Shown here piece by piece: positions 1-10,600 of a stretch of 64,000 nt of DNA (its first letter is position 1; each line of letters begins with the position of its first letter). Position numbers and translations under genes: made by a program. The notes below the pieces were generated by a model. That model saw nothing but the letters and a program-made list of their open reading frames with translations. It made no database searches and was not told the origin of the DNA. Origin of the DNA: an uncultured virus (IMG/VR IMGVR_UViG_3300032232_000272) (taxonomy: Duplodnaviria; Heunggongvirae; Uroviricota; Caudoviricetes); IMG/VR virus record IMGVR_UViG_3300032232_000272, one strand, 5' to 3'.

Positions 1-1812
1 GCTACTGCCGTAGGTGGAATACCCGCAACCGAATTAAACGCCGAGCACCAAATTACTTATGTAGATCTTGATACCTTTACGTTTACGGTAGCTACGGCTG
101 CTACTTCTACAGTTAACGGGGGTGGTGGCACTGCTATTACGATGGCATTTCAAATCAATACAGGCTTGGACGTATTTGTGGTAGGTAATGGCTGGGGCGC
201 TGGCACTTGGCCTTCTTTTGTTAACACCACGCTAACTAACCCATTTACAGCCGCTGGTATTGGCGTTTCGGTTCTTACTGTTACTCAAACAGCGCATGGT
301 CTAGCGTCTGGAGACTACGTATATTTTTCTAGTATTTCCGCTGATGCCTGCGGTATAAATCGTTTAGTCTTGCAAAAATCATTTGTTGTTACTGTAACAG
401 GCGTTAATACATATACTATTTCTACGGTGATTGGGCAAGCTCCCGGTCCAGTAAATACATACGTAACAACTTCAACTGCGGCTTCTGGTGGAACCGTTGT
501 GGTGTCTACGCCTGTGGCTCCTGTACGGGGTTGGGGTACTGCGGCTACTGTGGGTATTGGTCAGCAGTTACGCTTATGGACAAATGACAACTTTGGCGAA
601 GATTTAGTTATTGCCCCTCGTGGCGGTGCTATTTATTACTGGGATGCTACAACAGGTACTTCGGTTAGAGCACTTTTACTAAATACAGCATCAACCAATG
701 CAGGCTTTTCAGGACAGTTTGTACCTAATAGAACCAACCAGATTATTGGTTCCGCCATCCAGCGCTTTGTGATTGCCTTTGGCTCTAACCCATACGACCC
801 AACTAACGCTAACACTACGTTTGACCCCTTATTAGTGCGTTGGTCAGATCAAGAAAACCCCTTTCAATGGGTACCTGCCGCTACAAACCAGTCTGGTGAA
901 TACCGCTTAAATATTGGCTCATCTATTATTACCGCTCGGTCAACCCGTCAGGAGATCTTGGTTTGGTCTGATGCGGCTATTTATTCTATGCAGTACCTTG
1001 GGCCACCCTACATTTGGGGCTTCCAGTTATTGCAAGACAATATCACAATTATGTCGCCGAATGCGGCAATAACCGTTAACAACATTACCTATTGGATGGG
1101 TACAGATAAGTTTTTCATGTATTCAGGTCGTGTGGAAACGTTACCATGTGCGATCTGGCAGTTTATTTTTGACGACATTAATAAAGACCAAGCCTTCCAA
1201 GTATTCGCTGGATCTAATGAGGCATACAGCGAAGTGTGGTGGTTCTACTGCTCACAGAACAGCAATACAGTAGACAGCTATGTAATCTACAATTACCTTG
1301 AGCGCACATGGTCTTACGGCACAATGAACCGCACTGCTTGGTTAGACTCTGGTTTGCGTCAGTATCCAATGGCAGCCGACGGCGTTAACAACCGCATTCT
1401 TTATCATGAAGCAGCCGTTGATGATGTATCAGGGTTAACCCCAGTACCGATTGAAGCCTATATCCAGTCTTCTGATTTTGACATTGGCGATGGGCATAAC
1501 TTCGGGTTTGTATGGCGCATATTGCCTGACTTGACCTTTAACGGCTCTAACGTAAATCAACCAAAAGTTACCATGACGGTTAAGCCTCGTCAAAACTCAG
1601 GCGCTCCTTACGGCACTGCGGATAGACCAGCAGTAAACAGTACTCAGAACTACACCAGCCGTGGTACCTATGACGTACAGGAGTTTGATGGTCAGGTCTA
1701 TACCCGCTTACGAGCTCGCCAGATGAGCTTTAGGATTGAGTCAACTACCCTAGGCGTTGCTTGGCAGTTAGGTACACCTCGAATTGATATTAGACCAGAC
1801 GGCAGAAGATAG
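1..1812 (+). CDS. Tail/DNA-stabilisation protein (P22 gp10 / tail tubular B-like), 5'-truncated
   Basis: Frame is open from base 1 (ATAVGGIPATELN...) into the 142..1812 ORF; beta-rich, with VRWSDQE and C-terminal RLRARQMSFRIES motifs; lies just before the ejection genes. Confidence 0.7.
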   Translation, partial: ATAVGGIPATELNAEHQITYVDLDTFTFTVATAATSTVNGGGGTAITMAFQINTGLDVFVVGNGWGAGTWPSFVNTTLTNPFTAAGIGVSVLTVTQTAHGLASGDYVYFSSISADACGINRLVLQKSFVVTVTGVNTYTISTVIGQAPGPVNTYVTTSTAASGGTVVVSTPVAPVRGWGTAATVGIGQQLRLWTNDNFGEDLVIAPRGGAIYYWDATTGTSVRALLLNTASTNAGFSGQFVPNRTNQIIGSAIQRFVIAFGSNPYDPTNANTTFDPLLVRWSDQENPFQWVPAATNQSGEYRLNIGSSIITARSTRQEILVWSDAAIYSMQYLGPPYIWGFQLLQDNITIMSPNAAITVNNITYWMGTDKFFMYSGRVETLPCAIWQFIFDDINKDQAFQVFAGSNEAYSEVWWFYCSQNSNTVDSYVIYNYLERTWSYGTMNRTAWLDSGLRQYPMAADGVNNRILYHEAAVDDVSGLTPVPIEAYIQSSDFDIGDGHNFGFVWRILPDLTFNGSNVNQPKVTMTVKPRQNSGAPYGTADRPAVNSTQNYTSRGTYDVQEFDGQVYTRLRARQMSFRIESTTLGVAWQLGTPRIDIRPDGRR

Positions 1813-2684
1813 TGACAATCCCAAGAAACGCACCGCTTCGCCCACCAAAAGCACCCAACCTGCTGGTTGCGCCAGTAGATTATCGTCAGCAATACATTGA
1901 CCAGCTTACTAACGCCTTACGTCTGTACTTCAACCAGATTGATAACAGCCTACAGTCTTTACTATCGCCTACTGGCGGTGGGCTTTTACAGTTTCCTAAT
2001 GGTGCGTTCTCTCAAGACGGCTTTACAACCCTAACTAATGCTATACCAAACTCAAGTTCAACGGCGGCTATTGTTGTAGCCTCAACCGCTAACTTTGCAT
2101 CCGCTGGCACGATTCTGATTGGTAAAGAATTAATTAGTTATACAGGCAAAACTGCCACCTCATTTACAGGAATTACCCGTTCAGAGTACGGCTCTAGTGG
2201 CGCTGCTCATTCTGCTGGAGTTTATGTAACTGAGGCCCAGGCAGTGCCATCTGCAACTACTGCTTTACAAGTCCCATTTGATACAACAGATGTCAGCAAT
2301 CAGATAGCTCTAGACCCCGCAGATAACACTAAAATTGTATTTGCCGTAGCTGGTTATTACAACATACAGTTTAGCGCTCAGCTTCTAAACCCCAAGAGTT
2401 CAATAGATAACGTTACTTTTTGGTTTAGGAAAAACACGGCTGATATAGCACAAACAGCTGGCGTTACTACAGTTCCAACTGGCCCTAGTGCTAATTTAGG
2501 CGCTGCATTAACCGCTTGGAATATAGTAGTACCTCTAAATGCTGGGGATAAAATTCAGTTAATGATGAGTTCAGTTTCTGGGGATACAGTAATTGGCACA
2601 TACCCCCCTGGCACAGCTCCAGTTAGCCCAGCTTCTCCAGCTGTAATTCTTACCGCAACCTTTGTATCTGCGTTATATACATGA
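1812..2684 (+). CDS. Virion/tail-associated protein
   Basis: 290 aa, GTG start overlapping the upstream stop; Thr/Ser-rich beta module plus C-terminal GYYNIQFSAQL domain. Confidence 0.55.
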   Translation: MTIPRNAPLRPPKAPNLLVAPVDYRQQYIDQLTNALRLYFNQIDNSLQSLLSPTGGGLLQFPNGAFSQDGFTTLTNAIPNSSSTAAIVVASTANFASAGTILIGKELISYTGKTATSFTGITRSEYGSSGAAHSAGVYVTEAQAVPSATTALQVPFDTTDVSNQIALDPADNTKIVFAVAGYYNIQFSAQLLNPKSSIDNVTFWFRKNTADIAQTAGVTTVPTGPSANLGAALTAWNIVVPLNAGDKIQLMMSSVSGDTVIGTYPPGTAPVSPASPAVILTATFVSALYT

Positions 2685-2718
2685 TAAACTTTACCCCAAA
2701 CAACCCTATGAGGCGTTT

Positions 2719-4257
2719 ATGAGCCTGCACAATTTAGCCAACAATGTACAGTCACAAGGTCGTGGTAGTGATACCATGCTTGTCCATATGTCTCCCCGTG
2801 AGGTGGGCGGGCTTCAGGCATTAGCTAAAGCACATGGCGGTAGTCTAAGTATTAACCCTAGTACGGGTTTACCCGAAGCGGGATTCCTAGAAAACATTCT
2901 CCCTGTAGTAGCCGCTGGTGCTTTAACTGCTATGACCGCTGGTGCCGCCGCACCAACACTAGCTACTGCACTAGGAGTCAGCACAGCTACTGGAGGACTA
3001 TTGGCAGGTGCTGGTATTGGCGCATTGTTAGGCGGTGGTATGGCAGCCATGCAAGGCCAAAATGTAGGGCGTGGAGCCCTTATGGGAGGTCTTAGCGGGG
3101 CGCTTGGCGGTTATGGTAGCTCAGGCGGGTTTGAAGGTTTATTTGGCTCTACAGCCCCTGCTATTGACACTACAACGGGCGCTGTAATAGAAGGCAGTGC
3201 AATGATCCCACCGCCAAATGTAGCGCCAACTCCAGATGTGTCTAATGTGTATTCTGGAATGGCTGGTCAACCTACTGTTGCTCCTGGAACAATGCCACCA
3301 ATAGCTTCTGGTGCGCCACCAGTTCCAACCGTAACTCCATCAGTAACTCCATCAGTAGTTCCATCCGCAGAAACTTTTGCGCCATCCTTACCAAGTCTTG
3401 CACAGCAGCAAGCTCAAATGACTCAAGCTGGCACTTTACAGTCTGGATTAGATTTAGGCGGTGTAGGGGCTAGCCCAGCAGCAATGGCACCAGGCTCAAC
3501 AGTTCCTATCGCTACATCTGGAGCCGCACCAGCAGTTGCAAAAGCCGGTCTTTTTGGAACAGGAATTACTGGAACTCAAGCAGCTTTAGGTCTTGCAGGA
3601 CTTGGCTTGACAAATACAATGATGGCAGATCAAAAGCGTTTTGGCGTTCCAGAACAAGAAGACTATACAAGCCCATTAAAACGCATATCGCCTAATTTCC
3701 GTGCCCAAGAGCCCGTTAGACCAAATCCATACTATCGCCCCGTTTATGCAGCTTCTGGTGGCGTTGTAGCCCTTCAAGCTGGTGGCCCAGTTGAGCGCAT
3801 GAGCCAAATGAACACAGCTATGAACCCTCAAGGCGGTTTATATCCACAGGGCATGATTGATAAGACTCAGTATGCTACCCCTATTCAGCGCCCAGTAAGT
3901 TCTGAAATGGTATCTGAAGTACCTGCCTATGAGCGTTCTAATCCTATGTTAATGGCTAGCGGTGGCGTTTCCACACTAGGAGACTATTCAGATGGCGGTC
4001 GTTTATTAAAAGGCCCAGGTGATGGTGTATCGGATAACATCCCAGCAACGATTGGTGCGCGCCAGCCAGCCCGTCTTGCTGATGGTGAATTTGTCGTTCC
4101 CGCACGGATTGTGTCCGAACTCGGAAACGGAAGTACCGATGCTGGCGCAAGAAAATTATACGGCATGATGGATCGGATTCAAAAAGCTAGACGCAAGTCA
4201 ATGGGCAAAGGCAAGCATGCCGTTGACTCTAACCCCGAAAAACTTTTGCCAGCATGA
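2719..4257 (+). CDS. Internal virion/ejection protein
   Basis: GAGG before ATG 2719; GRGSDTMLVH and GPGDGVSDNIPA...LADGEFVVPA motifs; Gly/Ala-rich hydrophobic stretches. Confidence 0.6.
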   Translation: MSLHNLANNVQSQGRGSDTMLVHMSPREVGGLQALAKAHGGSLSINPSTGLPEAGFLENILPVVAAGALTAMTAGAAAPTLATALGVSTATGGLLAGAGIGALLGGGMAAMQGQNVGRGALMGGLSGALGGYGSSGGFEGLFGSTAPAIDTTTGAVIEGSAMIPPPNVAPTPDVSNVYSGMAGQPTVAPGTMPPIASGAPPVPTVTPSVTPSVVPSAETFAPSLPSLAQQQAQMTQAGTLQSGLDLGGVGASPAAMAPGSTVPIATSGAAPAVAKAGLFGTGITGTQAALGLAGLGLTNTMMADQKRFGVPEQEDYTSPLKRISPNFRAQEPVRPNPYYRPVYAASGGVVALQAGGPVERMSQMNTAMNPQGGLYPQGMIDKTQYATPIQRPVSSEMVSEVPAYERSNPMLMASGGVSTLGDYSDGGRLLKGPGDGVSDNIPATIGARQPARLADGEFVVPARIVSELGNGSTDAGARKLYGMMDRIQKARRKSMGKGKHAVDSNPEKLLPA

Positions 4258-4667
4258 CATTAACGATTAAGCCCGTACTTACCGCCTATGTTCAACAGAC
4301 ATGGGATATGGTAAAAGACTTCTTAGACAATGGGCTGAAATGGGGTGACGATGACTACACTCTTGAGCAAGCCAGATTGTTTTTATCAAGAGGCGATTGG
4401 TTATTAATTGTTGCAGTAGATGAACAGACTAAAGTACATGGCGCAACCGCAGTAAATTTTATTAACATGCCAAATGATCGTATTGCTTATGTGATTACGA
4501 TGGGTGGTAAGTTAATTTCTAATCAAGCAACATATGAACAGTTTGCACAAATTCTAAAAGGATATGGGGCAACTAAAGTACAGGGGGCGGCTAGAGAATC
4601 AGTTGCTCGATTGTGGACTAGATTTGGGTATAAAGAACGATACAGGATCGTGGAAGCTAAATTATGA
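4254..4667 (+). CDS. Small conserved virion-module protein, possible GNAT-like fold (position of P22 gp14 / T7 gp13)
   Basis: 137 aa, ATGA overlaps at both ends; C-terminal GAARESVARLWTRFGY. Confidence 0.45.
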   Translation: MTLTIKPVLTAYVQQTWDMVKDFLDNGLKWGDDDYTLEQARLFLSRGDWLLIVAVDEQTKVHGATAVNFINMPNDRIAYVITMGGKLISNQATYEQFAQILKGYGATKVQGAARESVARLWTRFGYKERYRIVEAKL

Positions 4668-5830
4668 AAACTTATTCTAGACGCGAGCTATACGCCGCTG
4701 GTGAATTTTTAGGCGAATCTGCTACCGCACACAAAGTCGGTGGCGGTCGCATTTATGGAGGCGGTGGTTCAGGCGGTGGATCTCCACCCCCAACTCAGTC
4801 CACTTCTTATAACACTAATGTCCCAGAATATGCTCGTCCTTATGTAGAGAATATGCTTCAGTCTGCCCAATCGCAGATTTACAACGACGATATGACAACA
4901 TTTCGTCCTTACCAAGCATATAGTTCTAATGTAAACGATTACTTTGCTGGCTTTAGTCCACTACAAATGCAGGCTCAACAAGCTACTGCTGGGCTACAAA
5001 CTCCTACACAATACCAATCTGGCTCAGAATTGGCTGGCTTAGGAGGTTTAGGTTCTTTAGGTTTGGCTGGTCAGGCGGCTGGTGCTGGGCAACAATATGC
5101 ACAGCAAGCTACAAATCCATATGCAGTGCAACAATATATGTCCCCATACATGCAAAATGTGGTGGACTATCAGAAAACACAGGCATTGCGTGATTTCCAA
5201 ATGGGGCAACCAATGCGTCGGGCTCAAGCAGTCGGTGCTGGAGCATTTGGCGGTAGCCGTCAAGCAATTATGGAAGCAGAAGCCGAACGTGCTTTAGGTA
5301 GCCAGTTGCAAGGCATTGCCGCACAAGGATCACAAAATGCATTCCAACAGGCTCAACAAGCTCAACAGTTTGGCGCTAACTTAGGACTTCAAGGTATACA
5401 GGCTGGCTTAGGAGGTTTGGGACAGGCAGTCGGTGCTGGATCAGCATTGGGTCAATTAGGAACAGCCCAGCTTGGAGCCCAACAAAACATCATTGGATTG
5501 CAGTCTCAGCTGGGTGCACAGCAACAAGCCCTTGAGCAGAACAAGATCAATCAAGCTATCCAAGATTACGCTACCGCTCAACAGTACCCATACATGCAAC
5601 TTGGCGTACTCAATGCTATGTTGCGTGGCTTACCATTACAGCAAACAACTACCCAAACATATCAAGCCGCGCCAAGCGTTACATCTCAGATTGCTGGTCT
5701 TGGAACCGCAGGCGTTGGTGCTTATGGATTAGGCAAAGCCGCTGGCGTATTTAAAGAAGGCGGTAAAGTTAAACAAGAAAGCAGTGGTTTAGCAGATCTT
5801 CAATTACACAGATTGGTAGGCAACGCATGA
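4664..5830 (+). CDS. DNA ejection/pilot protein
   Basis: Gln/Gly/Ala-rich, GAGAFGGSRQA motif, position in the ejection cluster. Confidence 0.65.
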   Translation: MKTYSRRELYAAGEFLGESATAHKVGGGRIYGGGGSGGGSPPPTQSTSYNTNVPEYARPYVENMLQSAQSQIYNDDMTTFRPYQAYSSNVNDYFAGFSPLQMQAQQATAGLQTPTQYQSGSELAGLGGLGSLGLAGQAAGAGQQYAQQATNPYAVQQYMSPYMQNVVDYQKTQALRDFQMGQPMRRAQAVGAGAFGGSRQAIMEAEAERALGSQLQGIAAQGSQNAFQQAQQAQQFGANLGLQGIQAGLGGLGQAVGAGSALGQLGTAQLGAQQNIIGLQSQLGAQQQALEQNKINQAIQDYATAQQYPYMQLGVLNAMLRGLPLQQTTTQTYQAAPSVTSQIAGLGTAGVGAYGLGKAAGVFKEGGKVKQESSGLADLQLHRLVGNA

Positions 5831-7686
5831 ATATCGCCCAGCTCTCCGAACAACTAAAGGATGTGCCACAGGCTAAGTTAATTGACTATGCCAAGAATCC
5901 CAATAGCGTAGTCCCCCAGTTCCTAGCACTTGCTGAGATTCAGCGTCGCCAATCGTTACAGCGTACATCTGGGCCTGCACCACAGTCTAGCGTTGCAGAA
6001 GACATCATGGCTCAAGAAGCTCCTGTAATGGCTATGCAATCCCCTGCTGGTGTTTCTGGATTACCGACCCGTGGTATGTATACCGCTCCTGAATCATTAG
6101 CTGGTGGTGGCATTGTTGCTTTTGCAGACGGAGGAGAGGCTGAGGAAGAGTACGAAGAGGCATTGGCTAAATCCCGCCGTAGCCGTTTACAAGGCTTGCA
6201 AGAAGCATTGGCTGAGGCTGGTTCATTTGTTAAGAATCCATTAGCCAAACTAGAAGGTAAACAAGCGCCTGCCCAACGCATGGCAATTGCAGAGACCGCA
6301 TCAGATATCACGCCTACCAAAAAGGGTAGCCATAAATATGAAGATCTAGTATTAGCCGAAGCTCAACGCCAAGGCTTAGATCCAAACCTAGCCCGGCATG
6401 TACTGTATAAAGAAACAGGCAATCTTGCTAATCCAGAGTCCGCTAAGTCTAGGGCTGGTGCTATCGGTGTAATGCAGTTAATGCCTAAGACCGCTAAGAT
6501 GCTGGGTGTTGACCCAATGGATCCAGAACAAAATATTCGTGGTGGCATTACATATCTCAAGCAGATGTACGATAAGTACAATGATCCAATGTTAGCCGCC
6601 GCCGCATACAATGCTGGCCCAGGACGATTAGACAAAGCTCTCAAAGGGCAAGGTATCCAGACTCTACCAAGAGAGACCCGTATGTATATCGCTGGTCTTG
6701 CCGAAGGTGGTGAGGTTAAACGCTATCAAGTCGGCGGTGAACTTGATGCTGACTCTTATGGCATGAGTGATCTTGCTTTACAACAAGAACTTGAAAAACG
6801 TAGAGCAAAAGCTCTTCTTGAGGCAGAAGAAAAGAAAGAATTTTTGCGAACCGCTGCTCCACAATTGATAACGACACCAACTAAAACAACGGCAGAAAAA
6901 GCAAAACCAACAATTGAAATGCCAAAACAAAGCGACCAAGCAGAGGTTCGTAGAGTTGATAATGCAATCGCTGCACAGCAACAATTTAACTATCCTCCAC
7001 AGGGAGGAGTTGGCCCAACAGATGCGGAACTTGGTATTGGTGCTCAAACTGCCGCAGCTCCAAAGAGTGCTACATCACAGTCTTACTTTGATGCATTAAT
7101 GAAGAACATTGAAGAGCAAGCCGCGGATGCCAAGAAGTCTGGCGATATGAATAAGTACTTAGCGCTCATGCAAGCTGGATTTAAGATGATGTCAAGTACA
7201 TCTCCATATGCTATGGCTGGAATTGGTGAGGGCGCTAGTGCTGGTCTTGGAACATATGCTGGGCTACAGAAAGAAACACAGGCTCAAGAGCGTAGTCTCA
7301 TGGCAGGCAGACTTGGACTAGCTAAGGCTAAAGCAACACAAGAAGAGTCAGAAGCCACTCGCGATGCATTGGCTGAGTACCGCAAAGCTACAGGCGCAAG
7401 ACTTGGAGAAGAAGCCAAGTCAAAAGAAGTTGCTATGTTCCGTGATGATTTGCGTCAATATGAGCAAATGCGTATTAAACAAATTGAAAACAAATATAAG
7501 GGTAATCCATTATTTGGAACAGATCCTAAATTGCAAGAACAGTTTAATAGAGAAGTGGGTGCCATCCAAAATGATCCTCAATACATGGCTCTGTTAAAAC
7601 GTGCCTATCCTGGGTTAGAATTACCTAAATCGTCGCCAACTGGTGGCGGAGAAAAGAAAAAACCATTGTCTTCATTTGGTTCTTAA
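5827..7686 (+). CDS. Ejection protein with soluble lytic transglycosylase (SLT) domain
   Basis: SLT motifs KETG...AKSRAGAIGVMQLMPKTA...NIRGGITYL...AAYNAGPG. Confidence 0.85.
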   Translation: MNIAQLSEQLKDVPQAKLIDYAKNPNSVVPQFLALAEIQRRQSLQRTSGPAPQSSVAEDIMAQEAPVMAMQSPAGVSGLPTRGMYTAPESLAGGGIVAFADGGEAEEEYEEALAKSRRSRLQGLQEALAEAGSFVKNPLAKLEGKQAPAQRMAIAETASDITPTKKGSHKYEDLVLAEAQRQGLDPNLARHVLYKETGNLANPESAKSRAGAIGVMQLMPKTAKMLGVDPMDPEQNIRGGITYLKQMYDKYNDPMLAAAAYNAGPGRLDKALKGQGIQTLPRETRMYIAGLAEGGEVKRYQVGGELDADSYGMSDLALQQELEKRRAKALLEAEEKKEFLRTAAPQLITTPTKTTAEKAKPTIEMPKQSDQAEVRRVDNAIAAQQQFNYPPQGGVGPTDAELGIGAQTAAAPKSATSQSYFDALMKNIEEQAADAKKSGDMNKYLALMQAGFKMMSSTSPYAMAGIGEGASAGLGTYAGLQKETQAQERSLMAGRLGLAKAKATQEESEATRDALAEYRKATGARLGEEAKSKEVAMFRDDLRQYEQMRIKQIENKYKGNPLFGTDPKLQEQFNREVGAIQNDPQYMALLKRAYPGLELPKSSPTGGGEKKKPLSSFGS

Positions 7687-7698
7687 TAGGAACTGTTT

Positions 7699-10600
7699 AT
7701 GGCATTTGATATACAGGGTGCCCTCAAAGAGGGCTACTCATTACCAGAGATTGTTGATTATCTTGGCGGTCAAAAAAAGTTTGACGTTGCAGGTGCTCGC
7801 AGTGAAGGGTACTCAGATCAAGAGATTTTAGACTTTTTAAGTCCAAAGAAGAAGGAAGAAGGCATTGGTACAGCACTACGCCGTGGTGCAGAACAGTTAG
7901 TATCTACAGGTCAAACAGCTCTAGAATCCATCACCAAAGGCGGTGAAGAAGCCGCGATTCGTGGTCGTGAGCGCCAAGCAGACATCCAAGCTAGATTAGG
8001 CGAAGGTGCTAGTCTGGATCGATTGCTAGAGACCTATCGTCAACAAGGTTTCTTAGCCGCTGGTAAAGAATTGGCAGGTCAAATTCCTACCGCTATTGCA
8101 GAGCAAGTGCCTGGCATTGCAACTACATTAGCTAGTGCTGGAGCTGGTGCCGCCGCTGGATCCGTTGTTCCTGGTGTTGGTACAGTAATAGGAGGTTTAG
8201 CCGGCGCAGTAGCCCCATCATTGATTCAACAGTATGGCGGTAACATTCAACGCCAAGCAGAGGCACAAGCAGCTACGGGTAAACCCTTAGAGATTGAGCG
8301 TGGTACAGCCGCTGTCACCGCACTTCCACAAGCAGCATTAGATGTAGCCGCCACATTTATTCCGTTGGGCGGTAAGTTAGCATCCTCAGTATTCGGCCCA
8401 AAGGTCGGGCAGATGTTGATGCAATCCAGTGCAGAGGGCAGAGAGAAGTTATTTAAAGAGTCGTTACTATCTACAGTCGGCAAAGGTACTGCTGTTGGTA
8501 TCGCCGCCGAAGTTCCTACTGAGGTTGTGCAGACCATGTTGGAGCGAGCACAAGCAGATTTGCCAGTGCTTAATAATGAAGCTCTCAAAGAATACGGTGA
8601 GGTAGCGTTTGCAACATCGTTACTAGGCCCAATCGGTATTATTGGACGGGTATCAAATAAAGCAGAAGCAGGACGCATGCTTGCTGAAGCCCAACAAAGG
8701 GCGGTAGAAACCAACGAACCACAGCCAGTAATACTACAACTTGGATATGATCCTACAGTTAGTGGCGCTGGTGGCACAGTCAATCCAGAACCGTTTATCG
8801 TATTCCCTGATGGTCGTGTAGCACCATCTGAAGAGGCAGCATTCAAAGAACGCTATGGCATGACGCCACAGCAACGCTCGGTTACTGAATCCTATGCTAG
8901 CGAAGAAGATCGTCTTGCCGCCGAGAAAGCCGCATATGATCGAGCCCGTAAATACTCGCCAACCATGCAAGCATTGGATAAATTGGTAGAAGATCGCAAG
9001 GCTAGAGAACAAGCGCAGATAGCCAAAGTTGATGAGATGAAAGCCGCACAATCGGCATTTAGTACAGCCGAACCAGTTGCTGGCTTATATCGCCCACCAA
9101 CAGCAGAAGAAATTGCCATTGAAGAAGAAAAGGCAAAACAGTTTACTAATACCCGCACAGTTATGCGTAAGACCCCAGAAGGCATCAAGGTCTACGAAGG
9201 CACTATGAATAAGACTGGTACTGCGGTCAATGTCATAGAGAATGGCAAAAAGCTCACCTTTAATCCAAACAATCCAAATGTTGTGATTGATCCTACTGAA
9301 AAGGATATCTATCGTTTTGAGACCGATTCAATGGCAGACGAAGCGCGGGCTCTTAGTGGTAAGGTAGAAGAGGCTAAGATTAAATTTAACAAGTCCGCAC
9401 TTGAGTTCAAGCAGTGGTTACGGGATCCCAAACACCAGCTCAAGCAAGAAGTATTCTCCGATACCATTGCTCCTCGCAAGCGTACCAAAGAAGATCAGTT
9501 CAGAGCTCTATCACCCAAGGTCAGCAAAGGATTCTTTGCTAAGAAACCAGGCGAGGGTCTTGAATTAGACATGGCAGCTGAGATGGCATTTGATGCTGGC
9601 TTCCTATCCGCAGATGAGTTTTATAACCCAGATGATCCAGACGGTAGAGAAGCATTTTCTGAGAAATTAAAAGCTGCTTACGACAATGAGCCAGTAGTAA
9701 CACCTAGATCAGCAGACCTATATTCCGATTATGAGACAGTCAATCAACAGCTCCGAGAACTGGAAGACGAGATTGAGCGCCGTAAATCAACTTTGGAGCA
9801 AGAGTCTCCAGCAGTTGTTGGCGAGCTAACTTCAGAAGAACAAGAAGCAGAAGCAGCTCGTATTGCAGAAGCGTCTACTCGTTATGAAAAGCCATTGCCG
9901 TCAGATAAATTTATTCAAGAGGGTTTGGATTTAGCAATAGAGATGCGTGATGCCTTAGATAAGATGGGACTAAAAAATGTAGGTCTTCAATTTGAAGACT
10001 ATATGTCACGTTATATCAATGGTGAATTAACAGAAGTTACAGGATCTTATTTTGAAAATTTAATTAAAGTATCTTTAGCCAGCACAAATGTTAAGCGCAC
10101 ATTAAATCACGAAGCTCTTCATGCAATGAGAGATATTGGATTATTTTCTGATGCTGAGTGGAAGATTTTATCTAATAAAGCAAAGAACCAATGGATTAAG
10201 AAATACGATCCAGATGGTAGCCGTTATGGTAGCGAGTCAATGGAAGTCCGTATTGAAGAAGCTATTGCCGACGCCTTTGCGGATTACAGAACTCAGCCAG
10301 CAAACATTAAGACTATCTTTGACAAGATCATTGACCTAATGGATATGATCCGTAACTACTTTGCTGGTCGTGGATTCAGAACGGTAGATGATGTATTTCA
10401 AAAAGCTGAGACTGGTGGATTAGACGGTCAAGGTACTTTACGTCAATGGGAAGAGTTGTATGAAATTAAACCACCTAAAGACCCACTTACAGATCAAGAG
10501 ATAACAAACACGTCTTGGTCAGATCAAATTGCTAGCAAACTGTTTGCTAATCGGGAATTACCAGATGGCACCAATGTTATGGTTAGACTTAATTTGAATG